Assembly: GCF_006345805.1 (NCBI RefSeq)
Contig: NC_043009.1
Location: 36,022,001-36,086,000 of the forward strand
From: Octopus sinensis
Taxonomy: Eukaryota
Length of the DNA stretch: 64,000 nt
Direction: 5' to 3'
The translations under genes were made by a program, and so were the position numbers. Below, in pieces: positions 1 through 12,682 of this stretch (position 1 is the first letter of the stretch; each line of letters begins with the position of its first letter). The notes beneath the pieces were generated by a model. The model searched no databases and had not been told where the DNA came from. It saw nothing but the letters and a program-made list of their open reading frames with translations.

Positions 1-6
1 GTGTGT

Positions 7-43
<37 letters not shown>

Positions 44-466
44 GATGTCGAATGGTGTTTCTTACTCCGAAAAACAGTTCATAATCTACCGATTCGAACT
101 AGGAAACAATACAATAAGCTCAAGACGGAAATATGTTCTGCTCACGATATGGTCGACTAAAATCCTTTAAAAATGGTTTCCAATATCGCCATAGTCAAAT
201 AGCTGAAACCAATAAACGAATAAGGATTAAGGGACTATAAGAATGTCACGGGGCTTGTGGGGACATTGGGCACCTTAGTATGAATGCGTGTATGGTTATG
301 TATGTTATGTATGTATGCGTATGAAGCTATATGTATGTGTGTTTACGTGTGTATATGCGTGTGTGTGAAGGTGTATTTACTTTGAAATTTATATTTAAAT
401 GAAGATTGGCATGTACTTTACGTATATACGTGTAATGGGGGAGGGTATGGTATAGATATTCGCAGT

Positions 467-532
467 CATGGGGTACTCCAGTTTCGATCTTCTTGCATGG
501 CATTGTAAAGAAATATCTTCAGTGGACCCATG
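467..532 (-). ncRNA. Hammerhead-like motif, stem I displaced by 4 nt
   Basis: CAUGGG ucca CUGAAGA u AUUUCUU..AAGAAgAU c GAAAC UGGA GUA^ c CCCAUG. Confidence 0.4.
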
Positions 533-907
533 TATTGGAAAATTGTGCATTGTAAAGAAATATCTTCAGGGGACCATGTATTGGAAAATTGTGCAAACGG
601 AAACTATGTAGAAGCCTTCCAGGTGATTTGTACCTTTGATCCATTTGGCTAGTTTTGTCATACACTGGGCTACGGTTATTCTTCCTGTAGGGTATGTTAA
701 AGTTATCGTGGAATACTCAACCGCTCATAATGAGTAGATAACTCAGTTGATAAAAAAAACCTTATCGTTGAAAGTGATGAAAGGGAAATATATAAATATA
801 TGTGCGTGCGTGTTTGTGTGGTGCGTAGGGAGTGCGTTCGTGCAGGCGGGCGTGTATGCACACACGATATTAACTGTGGGTTTCACGTTATTTACACAAG
901 CATTTAT

Positions 908-1327
908 AGGCGTATGAGTAGCTGTGTGGTAAGTAGCTTGCTTACGAACCACATGATTCCGGGTTGAGTCCCCCTGCGTGGCACCTTGGGTAAGTGTCTT
1001 CTACTATAGCCTCGGGCCGACCAAAGCCTTGTGAGTGGATTTGGTAGACGGAAACTGAAAGAAGCCCGTCGTATGTATGTATATATATATATGTATGTAT
1101 GTGTGTGTTTGTGTGTCTGTGTTTGCCCCCACACACATACACACACACATCGCTTGACAACCGATGCTGGTGTGTTTACGTCCCCGTCACTTCGACAAAA
1201 GAGACCGATAGAATAAGTTCTGGGCTTACAAAAGAATAAATCCCGGGGTCGAGTTGCTCGATTAAAGGCGGTGCTCCAGCATGGCCGCAGTCAAAATTAC
1301 TGAAACAAGTAAAAAGAAAAAGAAAAG
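908..1327 (+). mobile_element. tRNA-derived SINE family A (internal microsatellite, AAAAGAGT-like tail)
   Basis: Pol III box-like head; matches the other copies at 31963-32360 and 62059-62458. Confidence 0.85.
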
Positions 1328-2859
1328 AAGAAATATGTGTCCATGTGAGAGTGGGTATTTGTCCGCTGGTTTTATGGGCATATCCGGGTGCCTGCATTTA
1401 TGTTTATTGCCCTGTGTGTATGTGTATGTATTTTATGTACGTATGTACATATGAATACGTGAGTGTGGATATACATGTTTGTAATTGCGTATCTGTATTT
1501 GTCTGTCTGCTTGTATATGTGTTTATGTGAGTGAGGATACGTTTGAGTGTATGTGTATGTTTGTGTGTATGTGTACGTGTATCCGTCTGTGTACGGGTAA
1601 GAGTGTGTGACCAGTCATGCGTGTGGTTGGAACCCTACAATTCTATGAATTACCTTGGAATCCGTTATCTCTCATATCAACAGTCGCTTGCCACAGCCAT
1701 TCATCGCATTGTCAACCCATTCAACATTTCTTGCCGAATAAAGCCATCAAAGTATCTCATCCACCGCATTCGGGTTCTTTTTTTATATATATTTCGTCGT
1801 CGTTCTTTACTTTTTGTCTTGCCATGTGTAAATCTCTAAAATAACGTAAAACATTTCTTTATATACCACTTCATTTCGTTTTCTCTATTTTCTTTCTCTC
1901 TTCCTCTTTCTCTCTACCTCTCTTTCTGCATCTCTCTATCTCTCTCTGCCTCTCTCTCTCTCTCTACCTCTCTACTCTCTCTCTTTCTTTCTTTCTTTGA
2001 TCACATGACATCTCTTCCACCCAGTCTGTGACTACACATCACAATCAAAAGTGTTCTCTATAACATCAAGATGCAAACAAAGGGATCTGTTTGTGTTCAC
2101 TCGATCTGTTATTAGAAATAACTACTAAATTTCACTAACATCACAAACTACCATCTAAATAAAAGGAAGGGTATATTTAATCTTAGATATATTGTAACAA
2201 ATTGATTATCCTCGATTTATAGATCTACTGAATTAACTTGTGTCAAAGGTTAAAAGCAAGAAATTCTAATACCATTTAGATATATGAGAGACAGCTAATT
2301 GCAGCACTAAAATTTTTCAGTCATTTTCCTTTCTTGACAATCACAACAAAACAGCCAGACACATCTCCAGCCAGTCAGAACACTACTGCGTAAAATACTT
2401 CACACACAAAAAGGCAAAAGTGGTTTCATCATGCCCCACTCCTCCCTCTTGAAACACTGTAATACACACACAGTGTTTCCTTCAGGACTCCTAAACACCT
2501 GATAAAGTCCTAGGAGAGCCGCCTTGACATGCGGCGCGTATTAGGTATTTTAAACCTGGCGAGGTTTACCCTACTCCAGAAACGCCAATAAGTGTTGTTA
2601 TACCTCAATCGAATCCAACATGCCCGCCTCCTCTCTGACCAACACCACAACCTATTAATATGCAAAAATTTACAGGATATGGGGAGGAACTGGTACATAT
2701 TCAGTCTAACGTGAGCATACAAGAAATCCTTCCTTTTTATCTGAGTGCACATAATGGCGTTACACTGGACAGAGGCATGGAATATCTGCATCAATTCATC
2801 TGTGGATGACACATTAAGTAACACAATAAATTGAATATCAATAAAACACTAAGGGAATA

Positions 2860-3140
2860 TAATGATGCCTAAATATAATGATGTCTAAAGAAAAAAGATG
2901 ACGCCTAAAATAAGGACTCAATAAGTGGTGTAAGACACGGGAATGACAGTATAGAGTGATTCCAGTAAGAGTGAAATGTTGGGGCATTGAAGCAATACCT
3001 ACAGTGTCTTCCTAATTACTGTTGGAAGTAAGAATCTTAACGGAAGATTCATTGGCGAATTGCAGAAGGAAGCAGAGAACCTTACGTTGTGGATGTATCA
3101 GAAATACATGAGAGAAAAATGAAAGCTGAAAGCTAAGAAT
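2860..3140 (+). mobile_element. Very old RLE-type LINE 3' fragment
   Basis: Frameshifted similarity to the IPV.VGALG..P / ELQK C-terminal motif. Confidence 0.45.
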
Positions 3141-3231
3141 AATTCTGCAATAAATATCAAAACAAAATTGTTGTTACATTATTTACATTATTTACATTCG
3201 ACGGATATTTGTCCTCATCTTGTTTGTTGTT

Positions 3232-3273
3232 AACACAACGTTTCGGCTGATAACACAACTTTCATCAGGTGTC
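3232..3273 (-). ncRNA. Minimal dimer-type hammerhead ribozyme
   Basis: GACAC CUGAUGA AA GUUG uguuau CAGC C GAAAC GUU^ GUGUU; zero-loop stem III ACGU. Confidence 0.6.
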
Positions 3274-4529
3274 TTGGGGAAATTTCGAACCTGGGTTCTC
3301 ATTCTTAAGGTATTTTTCGATGTTGTTATTATTATTATTGTTGTTGTTGTTGTTATTTCTGATTTGGTTGGTAGACTTCATATGTTACCCGGTTTAACAA
3401 TGCGCTTGGCTTTTGATTTAGTTCAATGAATCCTGCTAGCACTGGCGCTGCAAAAACTTTGTGAGATGGGGCCTAGTTAAATGCATACCGCTCTAGGTTC
3501 CCTATTTTCTGGATTTTACAGAAGCTCACTTTTGTCATTCTAGCGTTGTGTGCGTATGTATGTATGTACTGTTTGCTTTTATGTCAAATTTTATATAAAA
3601 CCAGCTCACGGTCGTAAGCTCATGAGTTCAATTCCCGGTGAGGCGTTGTGTCCTTGAGCAAAAAACTCTATTTCACATTTCCCCTGTCCACCCAGCTGGC
3701 AAAAATAAGTTGTACCTGTATTTGAAAAGGCCAGCCTTGCTACACTCTGTGTCACGGTTAATCTCCCTGAGAACTACATTAAGGGCACACGTGTCTGTGG
3801 AATGCTCGGCCACTTGCCCGTTAATTGAACGAACAGGTTGTACTGTTGATCGGATCAACTTGTTGTCGTAACCGACGGAGTGCCAGTTTATATAAAGCCA
3901 ATTTAATATAAAACTGAAATAAAGCAGTGAGCTGGCAGAATTGTTAGGATGCCCGGCGCCTTTACGTTCGGCGTCGACTTTGCATTTCAGGGTAGATAAG
4001 TCGAGTACTGGGGATCGAAGTAATCGACTCTTTCTCTCCCCGAAATTGCTGGACTTGTGCCAAAATTTGAAACTAATATTAAACTAAAGGATTATTCAAT
4101 ACTTGTTAGTAAAGTACATATATTTTACAAGGTAAAGTTTGACAGTGACTTCAAAGTTTCAGTTTGATCGACTTCGTCGGACAGACTGATGGAGGCAAAG
4201 ATCTGAAAAATTACAGTCGCTGTCAAAATTTTCCTTGTAAAGGTTAATACACAACCACACATTCATGTGCACGCGCGTGCACAAATACACACACACATCT
4301 ATTAAGTGCAAAGAAAGTTTTATCGCATTTTGACATGACTATTTTGAGGATACTTTTTCAATACTTTCGGTAAATTAAGCATTAATTAAGCAGTATGAAT
4401 TTAAAAAAGGTTTCTTCAGCAATGGAAACGGCAAGAAATATTTGCATTTTCTATAGAAAGGAAGTATTAAATGCCCGATTATGCCAACCATGGTGTGGTT
4501 AGTTTCACACGGAATGTTTTTTTTTTTCT

Positions 4530-4930
4530 TGCAGAGTCCTCTCGAACTGGACAACCAAGTTTTGTCAATAACTGACCTACTTAAATCCGTAGTTGAAGAA
4601 AATCCAATGCAAACTGCTCGAGAGTTCGCAAAACGGTTCAAGAAAAACCCTTACATCAACCAGGCTTATCCCTGAAAAAAAAGACGTGTTCTGGGTTTGG
4701 TGGGATATGAAGGGTGTTGTCTATCATGATGTATTAAAACAAAGCAACAAAGTTAATACGGAAAAGTATCATCTTTTTAGATCATTGCAATGTTGTTTAG
4801 AGGGAAAGTAGTTTATTAATTTTGAAGAGGGTAATCATTATATTCAGTGTTTCTTTACTTCAAATACTAAAGAATTTAACTCTCAAAGGATCGACAATTT
4901 GCCAAATAGAGAAATAGATGTGATTATGTC
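4530..4930 (+). mobile_element. Tc1/mariner transposase remnant
   Basis: LKSVVEENPMQTAREFAKRF (HTH) and KKDVFWVWWDMKGVVYHDVLKQSNKVNTEKY (mariner catalytic-domain start), with an internal deletion. Confidence 0.8.
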
Positions 4931-5001
4931 ATCAATATTGAGAGGAAGCAAGGTGTGAGCTGGCAGAATTCGTCACCGTGCATTTGTCACGAGTGGACAG
5001 C

Positions 5002-5057
<56 letters not shown>

Positions 5058-5076
5058 GTGTAATATATATATATAT

Positions 5077-5107
<31 letters not shown>

Positions 5108-5204
5108 AATTAGAGACAAAACCACTATTATGCAAATCAAACAAAGAAAGACTTAAGCCAATACATAAAATAATTTATATAAATTAAAATTTAACAATAT
5201 AAAT

Positions 5205-5258
5205 AACCACTACGATCGTTTCGTGTCAGCACATCTTTGAGACATTCTTCAGGTGGTT
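5205..5258 (-). ncRNA. Type I hammerhead ribozyme
   Basis: AACCAC CUGAAGA A UGUC-13nt-GACA C GAAAC GAUC GUA^ GUGGUU: 6-bp stem I, palindromic stem III ACGAUCGU. Confidence 0.8.
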
Positions 5259-5276
5259 TCAAAACCTTCTTGGCGA

Positions 5277-5310
<34 letters not shown>

Positions 5311-5314
<4 letters not shown>

Positions 5315-5495
5315 TATATATAGAGGGCATTATACATACATGCCAGAAGGCATTATACATACATGCCAAACGCTAAGAGGGACAATTAGTCATTTCTACC
5401 ATTTTGGTAGAAATGACTAATTGTCCCTCTTAGCGTTTGGCATGTATGTATAATGCCTTCTGGCATGTATGTATAATGCCCTCTATATATAAATT
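5311..5495. repeat. Perfect 91-bp-arm palindrome
   Basis: 5311-5401 is the reverse complement of 5405-5495; loop TTT. Confidence 0.95.
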
Positions 5496-5612
5496 AATAT
5501 GTTCAATAAGAAATAATTTTTTTCGAAATTTTTTCTCTTATGAGGTTTTTACGCTATCTACCTGACAATTTCTTGTTAAGTTTTCCTTATTAAGTAGTTG
5601 TCCTTAATTGCT

Positions 5613-5665
<53 letters not shown>

Positions 5666-5775
5666 CGAGTAAATAACATATCTATATATACTAGTGAATA
5701 AGAAACGAAAGAAAGCGGCCACTTAATACATTTGATAGGAGTTAGAAATATTTTAAATAACAGTTTGACTAAGTT

Positions 5776-5830
5776 CCATATGACAAAGTTTCGTGAGTGC
5801 GTAGAATGAACATAACTCATCAGATATCGG
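5776..5830 (-). ncRNA. Type I hammerhead ribozyme (weak stem II)
   Basis: CC g AUAU CUGAUGA GU-20nt-AC GAAAC UUU GUC^ AUAU GG. Confidence 0.6.
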
Positions 5831-6689
5831 GATATCTGATGAAATGGCGCTGCGTCAAATTTTTTTATGGAACCGATAAAATATAGTACTAATATTTATG
5901 CTTGAGTTTTTGAGTCTTCTGTATGCCGCCCAATAAACTTTGGTCTGGTTTCCATTTAAGCGCCAATGTTATCTACAGAAGATAACTGTCGTCGTCGTCA
6001 TCGTTTTTAGTTATTTTTTGCTTTGTTTTGTTTTGTTTTTTGTTCAAAGCGTAGGCGCTCGTGCCATTATCTTTCCAGTCCTTCAGACTGAAAACCGGTA
6101 AGTGCGGTTTATGTCCAACGTGAACATTTCCATGTCAATGTCTGCAGAAAAAATGGCACCAGAGAATTTTGGACAAGACGCTTTCCACTAAAAGACTTCC
6201 ACTAAACCTATTTAGAATCTAGGTGGTTGTTGTTTGAATTCAGGCGTAAATCTAAGATTGTAAATATTCCATCGAAAATATTTATTAATATATTTGCGTT
6301 TGTAGAAATTAGCCCATTACACTCGAGTAGAACAACCTACTCCAGCGATGTCTTAGGCAAAAGTTCAAATACGAATTAATCGAATTTATGGAAAGGCAAA
6401 ATCTCAGCGTTGCCAAGTTTTAAGCTACTTTTGAAATCATTGCTTATCCCTCGCTTTATTGCTTTTCATTCATTTTCTTCGCCCCTGTGTCATTTTATCT
6501 GCTACCGTCGTGTATGAACACACACACACACACACAACACACAGATGCACGCTCACATACACATGCACGCACACACACACAAGCACACACACCCACACAT
6601 ACATATAGGTTATTTTATGTAGTAATGAAATTTTCTAACAATGCGTCTTTCATATTTTCCATATATGTATGTGTCACTTTCTATATATG

Positions 6690-6777
6690 TGTGTGAGTCT
6701 TGTTTATGTGTGTGTATATATATGTGTGTGTATGTGTTTATATACATGTGAATACCTATAGATATGCATTTACATAC

Positions 6778-6848
<71 letters not shown>

Positions 6849-7190
6849 CATATATATATACATATATATACATATATATATACATATATATACATATATA
6901 TATATACTACATATATATATATGTATATATACATATACATATACACATATGTATATTTACATATACATATACACATATATATATATCCATATATATATAT
7001 ATATTATATTTTATATATGTATATATATATATATACAAATATACATATATGTATGCAAATTTAGATACAGTAGTGTATATAAAACCACTTGCTAAATATA
7101 TATATTTATGTGTTTATGTATGTATATATGCCTGTGTGTATGTAAATGCATATAAGTTTGTATGAATGTAAATATATCTACGTATTGATC
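6690..7190. repeat. Long compound (TA)/(TACA)n microsatellite, representative of dozens in the window
   Basis: Direct reading. Other large arrays: 16495-16640 (GAA), 17300-17475 (CAT/CAG/TAT), 19685-19850, 25970-26500, 29860-30025 (GATA), 37470-37740, 53520-53630, 59280-59460. Confidence 0.95.
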
Positions 7191-7782
7191 AACGAATTTA
7201 TCTGTAACGATGTATTTACTTGAAAGTTATAAGTCCTGTAAAGTGCCAAAGGTGGAAATATAAAGCAGCAGCTAACAAAAAAAACAAAAAACATACAACA
7301 TTAACAGAAAGCACTTCATGTTTGGAATGGTAATAATAAAAGAGAAACTATCGAAGATAATAGGATGTTTGTAGATTTCTTGACATTCTTATCTGACATA
7401 TAATTCTTATAGTTTCTTCGGGGATAACTTCACTTGTGCAGTAATAACAGGAATATTAACGGTAACTGTAGGAGGCTTATTCAGGAAATATGTTTTTATT
7501 AACATCTTCGCATTTCTATCTTGAATATGTAAAAAAATGTAATATTATTATGTGACTTGGCTACTTTCCAGTGTAATTTCCATATATTTCAATTCTAGCA
7601 ATGCGCATGCGTCAATGTCTAATCCGCCTTGAACAAAATTATCAACAAAACTTACCATCACGATATTTATAGGTGGTGAGGGTCATAGAAGGAAATAAGC
7701 TACAAGTTGAAGAGATACAAATAATCAAAACACTCCTGTAATTTCAGTGTGTTCTGTAAGCCTAGTATTAGTTTCGTATATG

Positions 7783-8010
7783 GTGCCGAGCTGGTAGAAC
7801 CGTCATCATGCCGGACAAAATACTTAACGGCATTTTGTCTACCTTCACATTATGAGTTCAAATTCCGCCGCGGTCGACTTTGCCTTTCATCCTTTCGGAA
7901 TCGATAAAATAAAATAAGTACCAGACAAGGACTGGCTGGGGTCGATGTAATTGAGTTACCCCTTCTTCTAAATTTCTAGCCTAATGCTCAAATTTGAAAT
8001 CAATATTGGC
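7783..8010 (+). mobile_element. SINE family B copy
   Basis: Matches 14066-14297. Further + copies at about 3927-4080, 17480-17685, 19857-20065, 26715-27100 and 38172-38430. Confidence 0.8.
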
Positions 8011-8396
8011 TTTATCTGCTTCCATTGTTTGAAAATGACACACATCAAGTAATATTCAAATGATCAAACAAGCCACGTTGTTGTACCATATGGCATACCT
8101 ACACCGAATTTGTTTCTTTATCGCTTTAGGGACAATGGATGTTTTAAAATAAACTTTTCCAGAGATATCCTTGTAATGGTGTAGATTCAACCTATATAAG
8201 AATTTATGAAAACCCTTTTCGCTCCCACCAAATCAGAATAGTTTGAGTTTTCCAAAACTGATCTCTCGATTTGCGGAAAATGGTTTTCACAACAAATTCC
8301 GATATAATTGGAATTTATCAACTTTCTTTCGTCCAGTAAAGTAATACTTATAGTAATATAAAGAGCAATACAAATTATTACAGTTATACACACACG

Positions 8397-8434
<38 letters not shown>

Positions 8435-9875
8435 ATTATCTATGTCCTTATAAAAAGCGAAATTTGTCTTCCCATGACTCGATTTTTTTGTCTCAAAACT
8501 TTCAGGAAAATGGATATGTTGTATATAAAAGTTTATAGAAATACCTTTCAAGCGGCATAGATTACAATTATAAAGAAATTTGTGGCAAAATTTTTTTCCT
8601 AGGGATTGGAAAAAAGGAGTTTCGATACAACGGAGTTTCAGATGAAGAAGACAGCATAAGTTGGGATTTGTTCGCTTTGGCAATGATTTTTCCATGTTTT
8701 TCACCACAGCCTTGGAAATGATGAAAAAATGTGTTGAAGACGTATTTTCGCTCCCCTTCGCGCTCACCATCGTACTCCGGGCTGATTATGGCCAATTTTT
8801 TTGCACCTAAAAAACATACGAGGAGATTTTTCCTTAGCAAAAGAGGAAAAAAGATATGTAAGTACTTTCAGAGGGAAAAGTATATAATTTAAGGGAGATC
8901 TGGCTGTTGTTTCTAGCACATCCGAAGATGAACTCCCTGGTTTTCACTCTCATGTGTATTGATGTCTTTCTATATTTTTCTCTCCATAAACACATTTTAT
9001 GGAATGATGATGCGGAAGCAACACGCGCGTGGTCCATTGGTGGAATGTCAGCAACAACAACCAAAAAATGGTAATTTAAATTTTAACCCCCCACCCCAAT
9101 CTTTCGCGGCCCTGTGTGTGCGTGTGTGTGGGAGAGAGAGAGAGTAAGAAAAATATTTTGTCACAGAAAGGTATGCTATTAAAATGAACTATCTTTTAAA
9201 TAGCCCCAATTTTTTTTTAATCAGTGTGAATAAATGCCAGAAATGATCTTATCAGTTTGTCCAATATTTAAAATCCTAAGCAGAAAGAATGGTGGTGGCG
9301 TGGAGTGGAATTGAAAAAAACCCATAAATTTTCAAATGTTTTTTTATAACATAAATGTTTTTATGGGGAGAAAGATATTTAAAATCATAAATACATGCGA
9401 GAGTGAGAAAGAAACGAGGACAGTGGTAATCAATGTGCTAGAAAAAACACCCAAATCCCCCTTAAATCACAGTTTTGATCGGTCTTTTGACAAAAGTCTT
9501 CTCCCCATTCCCCTCAGAGAACATTTTACCCACAAATTTCTATATAACCGTAACGTATGCAGTTTCAAAGATAATTGTATAAAGTTTCATTAAAAAATAC
9601 CCATTTTCCTCAAAATTTTGAACGAAAAAATGAGGTCATATGAATTTTTCGAAACTCCTCTCCGCACCCCCTCGAAATGATTTTTTCCTATAAATCTGTA
9701 TATATTCTGAATGTATAGCATCTAACATATATTTCATTTTTCTACGATGCCCCACCCAGCGCCAAATATTCTATTTCCGGTCATCTTAAATACAGTCTAA
9801 GTAAATAACGTTCAATGTTCATAATACAATTTTGGCAGCTCTTTCCAACCCAGTCAATGACAGGTGTTTCTGCTA

Positions 9876-9951
<76 letters not shown>

Positions 9952-10234
9952 GTACAGACGCGAGTGTGGCTCTGTAGTGGGTAGGAAGTTCGCTTCCCAA
10001 AACCATTTGTTTTTGTTCATGAACAAAATAAACAAAAACAAATTACACGAACGTGTATAAACAGGAGATACAAATATTACGGGCACTCCCCCCCTTACAC
10101 ACCAACACACTAACTAAACATAGACACAGATAGAGATATACGCATGCGCAAATAAAGACACATACAATAGGAATACAAAATACAAAATGGCTGACCGTTA
10201 GTAAGGAGAGACACACAAGAAAGAAGAAAGCAAA

Positions 10235-10279
10235 GGACCACTGATGAGGACACAGAAGTGTGACGAAAGAACTCTGGCC
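10235..10279 (+). ncRNA. Type I hammerhead ribozyme
   Basis: GGaCCA CUGAUGA G g ACAC agaa GUGU ga C GAAAG aa CUC^ UGGCC. Confidence 0.65.
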
Positions 10280-10339
10280 GAAATAAGATTAAGATTAATG
10301 TAAAAAATAAATGAAGCTGAAGCAAATTAACACCAAATA

Positions 10340-11750
10340 TATAGTGAACGCGTTTTTATTGGCTAAACTGGCAAAATGACCATTCCTAAATACAACATCT
10401 GTTTCAACACACGATTTCGCATCAAGAATCTTGCTAAACAAATATATAAACGTTATTGGTTTAAAAGTTTTTGAAGAAATTACTTGATTTCTCTTTCTCT
10501 CAAATAGCTCTACCCTCCTGATCTTAGTATGTATAAGGAGTTTTATATAAATAGAATTTTTTTGTAAGTAACAATTAGAAAATATAAATTATCATGTAAG
10601 GCTTAATAGTAACAATTTCTTAAACCTATAATAAAACCAGTAATTTTATAAAAAGATTTGTTGATAATAAAATTTTTGTCCAATAACTTAATTATTTCTT
10701 TACCCGACATTAAACATTAATCCTTTATAGATATTTTCATGACAAGTAAATATAATTTTTAGTCTAACTTTTTGAATTATTAATTTTTTCTAATAAATCA
10801 CCTTACCTATTGATGTAAGTAAGCTAAATATACCTTACCATACTAAGGTATATTGGCATATAAACCTTTTACCCCATGTCTATAATATTTTACAAATGAT
10901 TATATTTTTTTATTTATTTTTATTTCTTTATTTTATTTTAAAACTAGTCTCTTATTTTTTTATTTATTTATTTATTTACTATATTACCTTATTTAATATA
11001 TCACTATAAATTTCATACTCAGCTTATATAAAACTATGCTGGTACATTCACTGTTTATAATATAAGAAATATGCTCAGACTAAAATTGCTAATACTTAAT
11101 ATATAAATTTTAACATATTCCTTTAACTTAACTTTCCTTTATTAATACCAATAATTACCATTTAATAAATAATTATAAATATATATTAAGTTAGTATATA
11201 TATATTATATTTGGAATTATTTCTATATTGTCTGTCCCTCTATTGTGTAAAATGTTTTGATACATACTGAAAGTATTCAGAAATATTCTTCTTAGTATTC
11301 GTTAGAGTAACGCTAAAATGTATCTGTGTATAAACAAATACCATTGTTTTATAGTAGATAAATGTACTGATACTATATGAAATCACTCTCCCTGTCCCAT
11401 GAGCATTTGTCTGCAAATTTAGACGCTATAATCCTGTCTGAAGTACATTCTTACTGAACCAAATGGCTTTGCTTCAAAGAAATCTTGATTTATGACTCTG
11501 CCACTTAAATTGTCTATCTATTTTGCCCTTTCTATAAAGGATACACTCTAGTTTCTCTTATATTTGATAAATTAGCCTATAAATTAAAACTGAACTCCCC
11601 CACTCCCACCTGACCCCCCTTAGTAAATCTCAATAACAGAAATAATCAGTGATAAGCAGTGTCTTTTTTGAAAAATCTCAGTTACAACTGTGATGTTGTT
11701 GATAAAACATGTTCTTTGTCTATCTCCTTATCTTCTTGGTGATTTTGGAT
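10340..11750 (-). mobile_element. Highly decayed APE/RT LINE remnant (CR1/L2/Jockey-like)
   Basis: Minus strand gives ..IRETR..SDRIIASKF.. (APE-like) and FKPITFIYLFSKILD (YRPISLL..FSKILE-like), with many stops. Confidence 0.5.
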
Positions 11751-11928
11751 AAAAATCATACAAATGAGTGCTTCGAATTTAACTAAATTCTATATTTTTA
11801 TTCAGCTGAAGATTGCTCTACATTTTAAATTGATGCAATGGTTGCATTGTTCAATTAAATGGAGTCGCATGAAACGATCTACTGCATTACCTCTGGATAT
11901 CCTTGTTGCTTCTTTTGATTATTTACAC

Positions 11929-11961
<33 letters not shown>

Positions 11962-12530
11962 AGAAGGAATGTTTTTATATATAATGAACGTGAAATACAG
12001 GAAGGTGACGAACACGGAACACAGACAAATCATTCGAAGCCTTCAATCTTCAGTCAGACACCGAATCATCATAGCAAATTTCGGCTGTTCAATTCTGATA
12101 TTTGCTCCAACTCGGCCAGCCCCAAGAAAAAAAACTAAGCTGTAAGCATTAGATTTCTTGGTAGAAGACAGGAATGTGAACGCCAAGACGGATGTTGAAT
12201 ACAAGAGACGAAAACGAAATTGAAAAACAGTAATGAAAAAACAAATATATATAACGGTGTGTTGTCATACGACTTAGACCAAATGAGACAACAAACAACA
12301 TAGCAGCTGGCGTAGAAATAATTACCGTTTCGGTAGCGGGGACACATGTTGGTCGAGATACGAAGGCCAACAAATGGTTGAAGAAGCAGCAGGTCGCAGG
12401 AGAGAGAGAAAGAGAGACAGAGAGAGAGGGAATCAAAGAGGGGGAAGGCAGGGGACAGAATCAGTGACCAAGAGAGAAGAGAAAGAAGGGATTAAGGAGG
12501 ATGGGAGGAAGAGAGGGAAGAATCGGAGGG

Positions 12531-12535
<5 letters not shown>
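11962..12535 (-). repeat. Diverged family X (pLTR-like) copy between (TA)n tracts
   Basis: Shares CATTCGAA..TCTTCAGTC..ATCATC..AATTTCGGCTG..GGCCAGCCC..AAAACTAAGC and the GA-rich end with the 46766 unit. Confidence 0.75.
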
Positions 12536-12575
<40 letters not shown>

Positions 12576-12682
12576 TAGAAATTCGGGCGAGTACTTTATA
12601 ATTATAAGCACTGTGTATACCGTTTGGTGGTGTAGGTGGTGGAGTAAATTGATCAAAATAAAAACATGATGCCAAGGATTCA

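Noticed and set aside
908-990. tRNA genes at SINE heads
   Set aside because: The tRNA-like heads run into SINE bodies and tails and show no complete cloverleaf.
10340-11750. Possible mitochondrial insertion (very AT-rich block)
   Set aside because: No recognisable mitochondrial rRNA, tRNA or protein motifs; decayed APE/RT motifs explain it better.
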